Positions 58,348 through 64,000 of a stretch of 64,000 bases of DNA are shown here, piece by piece. Position 1 is the first letter of the stretch. Each line of letters opens with the position of its first letter. Origin of the DNA: Vitrella brassicaformis CCMP3155 (Eukaryota > Protista > Chromerida); contig CDMY01000646.1 of the NCBI GenBank assembly GCA_001179505.1, positions 186,001-250,000 on the forward strand, written 5' to 3'. Under the pieces are notes generated by a model, which saw only the letters and a program-made list of their open reading frames with translations, had not been told where the DNA came from and did no database searches. A program made the translations under genes and the position numbers.

Positions 58348-58831
58348 TGTGTTCCTTTCGTCTCTGCATTGCAGTCCGGATACTCCTGTGTATCTCTGCA
58401 TTACCATCCAGAGGTACACACACTTTCGCGTCGCGCAGTGGACAGCAGTCAACACCCCTGTGTGTGTGTGTGTGTGTTGGTGCGCGTCGAACAATCCAAT
58501 CCCCCACTCACAGGTCTTGTGGATGGCGGTGTTGGTGGTGTGTCGTTATATGACTCCCTGGATGCCGACAGGGAAGGCATGCTGCTCTCAAACATCGGCG
58601 CCCTGCACCAGGAAAGCTACGGACAGACAGAGATCAGATCCCTCATCTAATTTCTCTGCATCCTTCTCTGCGTATGTGTGTGTGTGTGTGTGTGTGCAGG
58701 AGTTGTCATTACAGCGTCAGGCGCTGCAGGCATCGCAGCAGTCCCTGGAGCAGGAGAGGAAAAACCTCACTGACATTCTCGCTAGCATATCTGACCTTCA
58801 ACAGTCTTTGAAGGTCAGATACAGGATCTAG
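56004..58831 (+). CDS. Intron-rich CENP-B/Tc5(pogo)-type HTH protein without a visible DDE domain; C-terminal coiled coil
   Basis: Exon 56731-57126: KKRIRPPKYPQIEDDMRQW...DIREQAMKIATQLGVEDFSASDRWIAAFRKRW matches HTH_Tnp_Tc5; then low-complexity exons and ELSLQRQALQASQQSLEQERKNL...*. Confidence 0.75.
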
Positions 58832-59218
58832 GATGAGAACAAACATGCATACCAGGGACCTGTTCCCCGTCCTTTTGTGTGCAGCGGCTGCGGCTCATGT
58901 TGATCAAGTGCATCTCATTGGCCATTCAATTAGATGCACTTGATCAAATGCCCTCGTATGCCTCTGGAATATATTCGAAATGGCCGAACAAGGGGCCGAT
59001 TTTTGTCTGATGGAACACAGCTGGCAGCACAAGTTGGTGATGGATGGCAGCACCAGTCTGATCGATCACCTCTTGTGGGGCTCAGCTTCAGGCATAATAT
59101 CCGCATGCGTGCCGGATTTACGCACGGCGCGTGTGCCGGACGTACGCACGCAGAGTCCGTCGTTGGTAGCTGGCGTGAGTGGATTGAGTGGATTGAGTGG
59201 GTGGCGTGATTGATTGGG

Positions 59219-62200
59219 CGAATGGCCCCCCTTTGTATCTGCAAGGACAATGGATGGATGGATGGATGGACTGATCCATTTGACTGATTGATTCACCGCT
59301 GTCCGTATGTACACAAATGCAATTAAGAGACTCACAGCCACACAGAAGTAAGAAGGCCTTAAAAACGCTTACGCACATGTACAGTACACACCTAGTGTAC
59401 ACATTCATACGTCTACATGTACGTACATGTATACGTTTACGTGTATAACCTACTCACTGACGTACGTACGCAGACTGCGGCGTATACACCGATTGATGGA
59501 TCACTCACTCACTCACTCACTCGGCTGCAAACAAACCTTTTCGGCGTCTCTCTTGTCGCGTCGCATCCGTCGCATTTTGCCATAAATGTCACTCATCGAT
59601 AAATACATATGGACTCATCAAGACAGCACTCACTCACTCACTCACTCACCAAAAATGTATCTGACCTCGGAATAGGGCTGCCGACACCTGACACACATCG
59701 CACACACACACGGGGGCTGCCCAGTGTGTGCCGGTTGCCAGCCATTGGATTGCATTGCGTACGTGTGTTCGGGGCAGAGTTTGTCTTCGGTCGGCATGGG
59801 GGCCATCCACTTCTCGAAACACTCCTGACACACAACCTGACAGACACACACAGACGACACACAGACCTGCACGTACAAACTCGCTGCCATCTCTTCTTCG
59901 ACTGACTTTATGTCCGCAGGGCAGCAGGATGATGTCTGGCGGATTCTCGAGACACAGCTGGCACTTGCTCACACTCGACCCAACACCACCACCACCACTG
60001 CTGCTGGACGATGGCGCAGCACAGGGGCCATTTGCCTGTGCCGAGCTGCTGCTGCCACTGACTGGTGGTGGTGGCGGTGGTGAGCCGTTGATACCATCCA
60101 TGGAGAGAGAGGGGGGCATAGAGGGGGCGGCGGTGTGGGTGGGGACAGCTGCTGCTGTTGACGATGATGATGATGGCGATGTGCGGTTGGGCTGCTGCTG
60201 GTGGCGTAGTTGTATTTCTCTCTCGATAGCCGCCTGGTGGAGCTGAGTGAGTCGGTGCTGCTCAGAGGCGAGGTCATCCAGCAGCTGACGCACCGACGGC
60301 AGATCGAGAGACGACACGTCACCCGCACTGACACGACTGCAACACACATCATGAGGGCGAGACGACGGGTGCACGGCTGCTGTCGGTGTGTGTGGTTGGT
60401 GACCTGTGTGGTGGTTGCGCCGATGACAGCTGTTGTTTGAGCGTGAGTATCTCCCGCCTCAGCGGCGCCTCCGCCTCGCGCAGCCGACGCAACTCGACGT
60501 CTTTCTCCTGCTCTACACGCGCTGACCTGCACACACACATCAACACACACATGTCATCAGCAGCGTCTGACTCGTTGGTATTCTCTCCCTCCCTCTCTCT
60601 CTGGTTGGCCGGCTGACCTGAGTCGTTCTTCCCTCAGCCGCTGCCTCAGTTGGTCCCTCTCGCGCGTCATGTTGGCCAGGGCCCTCTCGGCCTCCCCGCG
60701 CACCTCAGTCTCTCGCTGCTCGATGGCCATCCGGTGCTGCGCCGACAGCTCCAAAATGGCCGACCGGTGCTCGCCACGCAAAGCGTCCAGCTCCTCTCTG
60801 TGCTGCTTGGTGACGGTGTCGGTCTGTGTCTTGGCGGCCTTGTCGGCCTCCTGGCGCACCTGCTGGCTCACCCGACGCACACGGTCGTCAGCACTGCACA
60901 CAGACAGACAGACAGACAGACAGGGAGGGAGGGAGGGAGTGTCTGTGTGTGGTCCTTTAGGTGTGCGTCGGTGCTTACGTCTTTTGTGTCTGTTTGATTT
61001 GTTTGTCTTTGTCTTTGAGGATATCCTCGAGAGTGCTGCGCTGCGCGTCGGCCGCCTTTCTCTCCTTCTCAGCCATTTTCTTCGACGCAGCCGACTCACT
61101 GGTCAACCTACACACACATGTTCCCACACACGAGGGCGTACGGATGGCAGTCAATCAACTGCTTCTCTCCCCCTCTCTCTGGTCACCTTTTGACATCGTC
61201 TTGGAGCCGTTTGATGGTCCCGTTGAGTCCATCCTTCTCCTTCGTGTGTCCGTCCTCGGCCGTCTTGAGTTTCTCGTGTGCGGCCGCCAGCTCCCTCTCT
61301 AGTCGGGCACACTTGTCTGTCAGTTTGTCGATCTCGGCCTGCGACTCATCGGGGTCGGGCTCGCCAGCAGTGGGAGTGGTCGACTCATCCCTGACAGACA
61401 CACACACATAGGGTCAAGTGTGTGGCGTGGTTCGGATCGTTGTCGCTCAGCTCACTGTGTGTGTGCGATCGCCTTGGCTCTTGTGGGCGTGTCCGTGCGT
61501 GTGGCGGCATCGGGAGGCGATACTGATACCGCCGAGCTGCAGGTGATGTCCACAGTGTTTAGAGAATGCAACTTGTGTGCGATCGCCTCTCGTATGACCT
61601 TACCTACGACAGCAGCACGCGACATCATCATGACACTTGATCGATGCCTTTTCCTTCCCCTCCGGCTCACCTGTCGGTGTCGTGAGGGCCCCTAGTAGTG
61701 GCGGCCCCGAGTTCCTTCTGCATGAGCTGCTGGCCTTTGCTGAGCTCACTGACGAATGCCGTGTGCCACTGGGGCAGCCACTCGCCACGCACATGCCGCA
61801 GCGGACCCAACGCAAACACCGCCGACGGATCGCTGCACACACACAGAGAGCATGACACTCGTATCACCCACTGGTTGAGATGCCCAGTGCCCATTCCCTC
61901 TGTTGGTCACCTTTGCAGTGCTGTGCGGTGGTCCATGAAGAACTTCTTGACGGCCCGCAGGAAAGTCTCCCGCGCCTGGGCCCCATCGCACTCACTCGAC
62001 TCGACACAGCCGAGACCACCGCTTTCCCCCTGCCCTCTGTTGTGCTGCAGGAATGCCCTCACGATCGCCAGGGTCTCACTCGAGGGCTGTTTGTCGCCCT
62101 CTGTGCCCGATGTGACGGTGGCGATGTCGGGGAAGGCCTCATGGATGGACTCGACCGTGACGGTTCGTGTGGTGCTCGGCGGGGTGGATGGCTGGGTGGC

Positions 62201-64000
62201 CTTCGGCTTGGGCTTGGGAGTGGTGGGTGCCGGCTTGGGCTTGGGTTTGGTCTTGTCCTTGTCGGTGAAGATGCCGCGGAAGATGCTGCTGGTGGCCGGC
62301 GAGTTGCGGGAGGGAGTGCTGCTGCTCGATACACTCTTCGGTTGGGGCGAGGGGACAGTCTGCGTGTCGGAAGGGAGCGACAGGAGGCTTGAGAATGTGG
62401 CCAGCACATCCACAGGGGTACGATCAGGCCTGTTCACACACACATATGGACAAAAACACTTGACCCTGGTTGCGCGTCACTCACCTGGTCGGATACGCCG
62501 ACTCGACGCGATCCAGCGCGCATGGTCCGCACATGAGCGACCCTGTGGCACTCTGCACACACAGGCCCGCCGGCGCCTCCCGAATGTACCGCCTCTGCTT
62601 TTCGATCATGTCATCGCCCATCAGGTCGTCATGGGTGAGCGTGTGCACCAGAGGAATGGTATCCACGAGCCCCTCTGAGCTGCCCGCACACGGCTTGCCG
62701 CACCGACAACAGGTCTGTGCCCGCGACTCCGCCCGCAAGACATACACCAGCCCCCCTGTGCTGCGCGATTCGGCCGATCCCGTCGCCAGCAGGGCCAACA
62801 CGGCGGCAGGTGGCCACTCTGTGAACGCCTTGGTGACGTACTCGTCCGCCAGGCGGATCTTCCTCATCTCGATAGCCGATGTCTCGGCATGACTCACGCA
62901 TGCGACCCTCACCGCCGACTGGGCCCGGCTGGTCGTCAGCCGCTCCTTGTGCCGTACCGAGGGCGGCAGGCGCTGCATGACCTGGGCATCGAGGTAGAAG
63001 GCCATGGGGAAGACGGCCCCCTTGCTGACCTCCCGCTCGGCCAGATAATGGGTGTAGTAGTCATCCAGCGACTCGCACGCCAGCGGCTCAGCTGTGTCGG
63101 CCCACCAATGCACACCGACAGCATAAATGCGCTCGACCTTCGATTTGCATCTCAGGACAGATCGGGGGATATCGAAACTCAGCGGCAGAGTGGTGGTTAT
63201 CTTGACGCCCTCCAGTCTGCTGATGCGCCCCTCCTGGTCGACGGCGAACCACTCGTTCGTCTCGAGGGCGGGGTTGGCCGCAGCGGGGTGACTCAGCAAG
63301 GGGTTGCGGTTGCTGACTGAGTCGTCCTTGAAGGGTCCGAAGGCGAAGGCACGCAGCGGCGAGATTGTGCGGTCAGTTTCTGGAGCGCAGGCAATCCAGA
63401 GTCCTCCCACGTTGCCGTCGGCTTGCGGGTAGACCAGCCGCTCGAATGCCATCTTCTCGCCCACGTACACGATATCCTCCGGATAAGTACCGAGCACCGT
63501 CCTCTGCTCTTCCTCTGTCGGGCGGAGCAGGTAGGTGCCGTTGAGGCCGGTGTAGTCGCCGCTCACAGTGAAGCTGCCGTGCCGCCGACCGCCCGTGGGG
63601 GCCACGGTGCGGCACTGGTCGAAGTAACCGCGAAACGTCGCGTGCCACGCAGACTCCCCCTCTGTGCCGTCCTGCGTCGGCGACTTCGGGGGACCTTGGT
63701 CGAGACGGAAGAAAAACAGCAGATCTAGAAGCGGGTCAGCGGCGACAGCGTCGAGAAGTGTCTGCAGATGAGTCTCCAGGTAAGTGTTGTCGGGTGGCCC
63801 TTGCTGCGTCAGGGCGGCCACCACCAGACGGGCAAAGTCATAGAAGTTGTCCCCTGCGGCGGGGAGGGGCGGGAGGGTGACGTCAGCTGTGTTCGAGGCG
63901 TCTTGCTCTTGCACGCGGCGGCGGATGTCTTGCATCGCCTTGACGAAAGCCACACCGTCGCCCTGACAGCACAGAGGCAGCCAGACAGCCAGAGAAGGAA
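59219..64000 (-). repeat. Right arm of the inverted segmental duplication (continues past the window end)
   Basis: 64000 corresponds to about 24447 and 59219 to about 31006, with two internal indels. Confidence 0.95.
59642..64000 (-). CDS. Paralog of the giant module/coiled-coil/RING gene (5' part outside the window)
   Basis: 490-aa ORF 62481-63953 homologous to 24421-25953; identical RING exon sequence; stop at 59642. Confidence 0.85.

Noticed and set aside
1-64000. rRNA, tRNA, snRNA, dinoflagellate spliced leader, CRISPR arrays, retroelement or DDE transposase ORFs
   Set aside because: No diagnostic motifs seen; the repeats present are microsatellites or gene duplications.

Overview
Intron-rich eukaryotic nuclear DNA with short GT-AG introns full of (CA)n/(GT)n microsatellites. 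The style and gene content suggest the chromerid alveolate Vitrella brassicaformis or a close relative (inference; no search was run). About 20 genes were reconstructed by manual splicing. Recognisable genes: mitochondrial ATP synthase OSCP, RPL22, an M16/stromal-processing-peptidase-like protease with an apparent C-terminal membrane anchor, an ankyrin+bromodomain (BDP1-like) protein, a cytochrome-b5-fused front-end fatty acid desaturase, two TLDc-like genes, a CCCH protein, a divergent BTB protein, a GT61-like glycosyltransferase and an intron-rich CENP-B/Tc5 HTH gene. Most notable observations: (1) a giant RING-finger gene (21.1-30.5 kb) built from a repeated unrecognised module, with a rearranged inverted paralog at 59.2-64 kb; (2) two LabA/DUF88-like NYN RNase paralogs pointing outward around the BDP1-like gene, one apparently disrupted; (3) an 8-mer AGCTCGCA/TGCGAGCT that I found only just upstream of start codons; (4) introns with complementary 5' (AC)n and 3' (GT)n arms. 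No rRNA, tRNA, CRISPR array or intact transposon was found. Exon boundaries were read by eye and may be off by a few bases.
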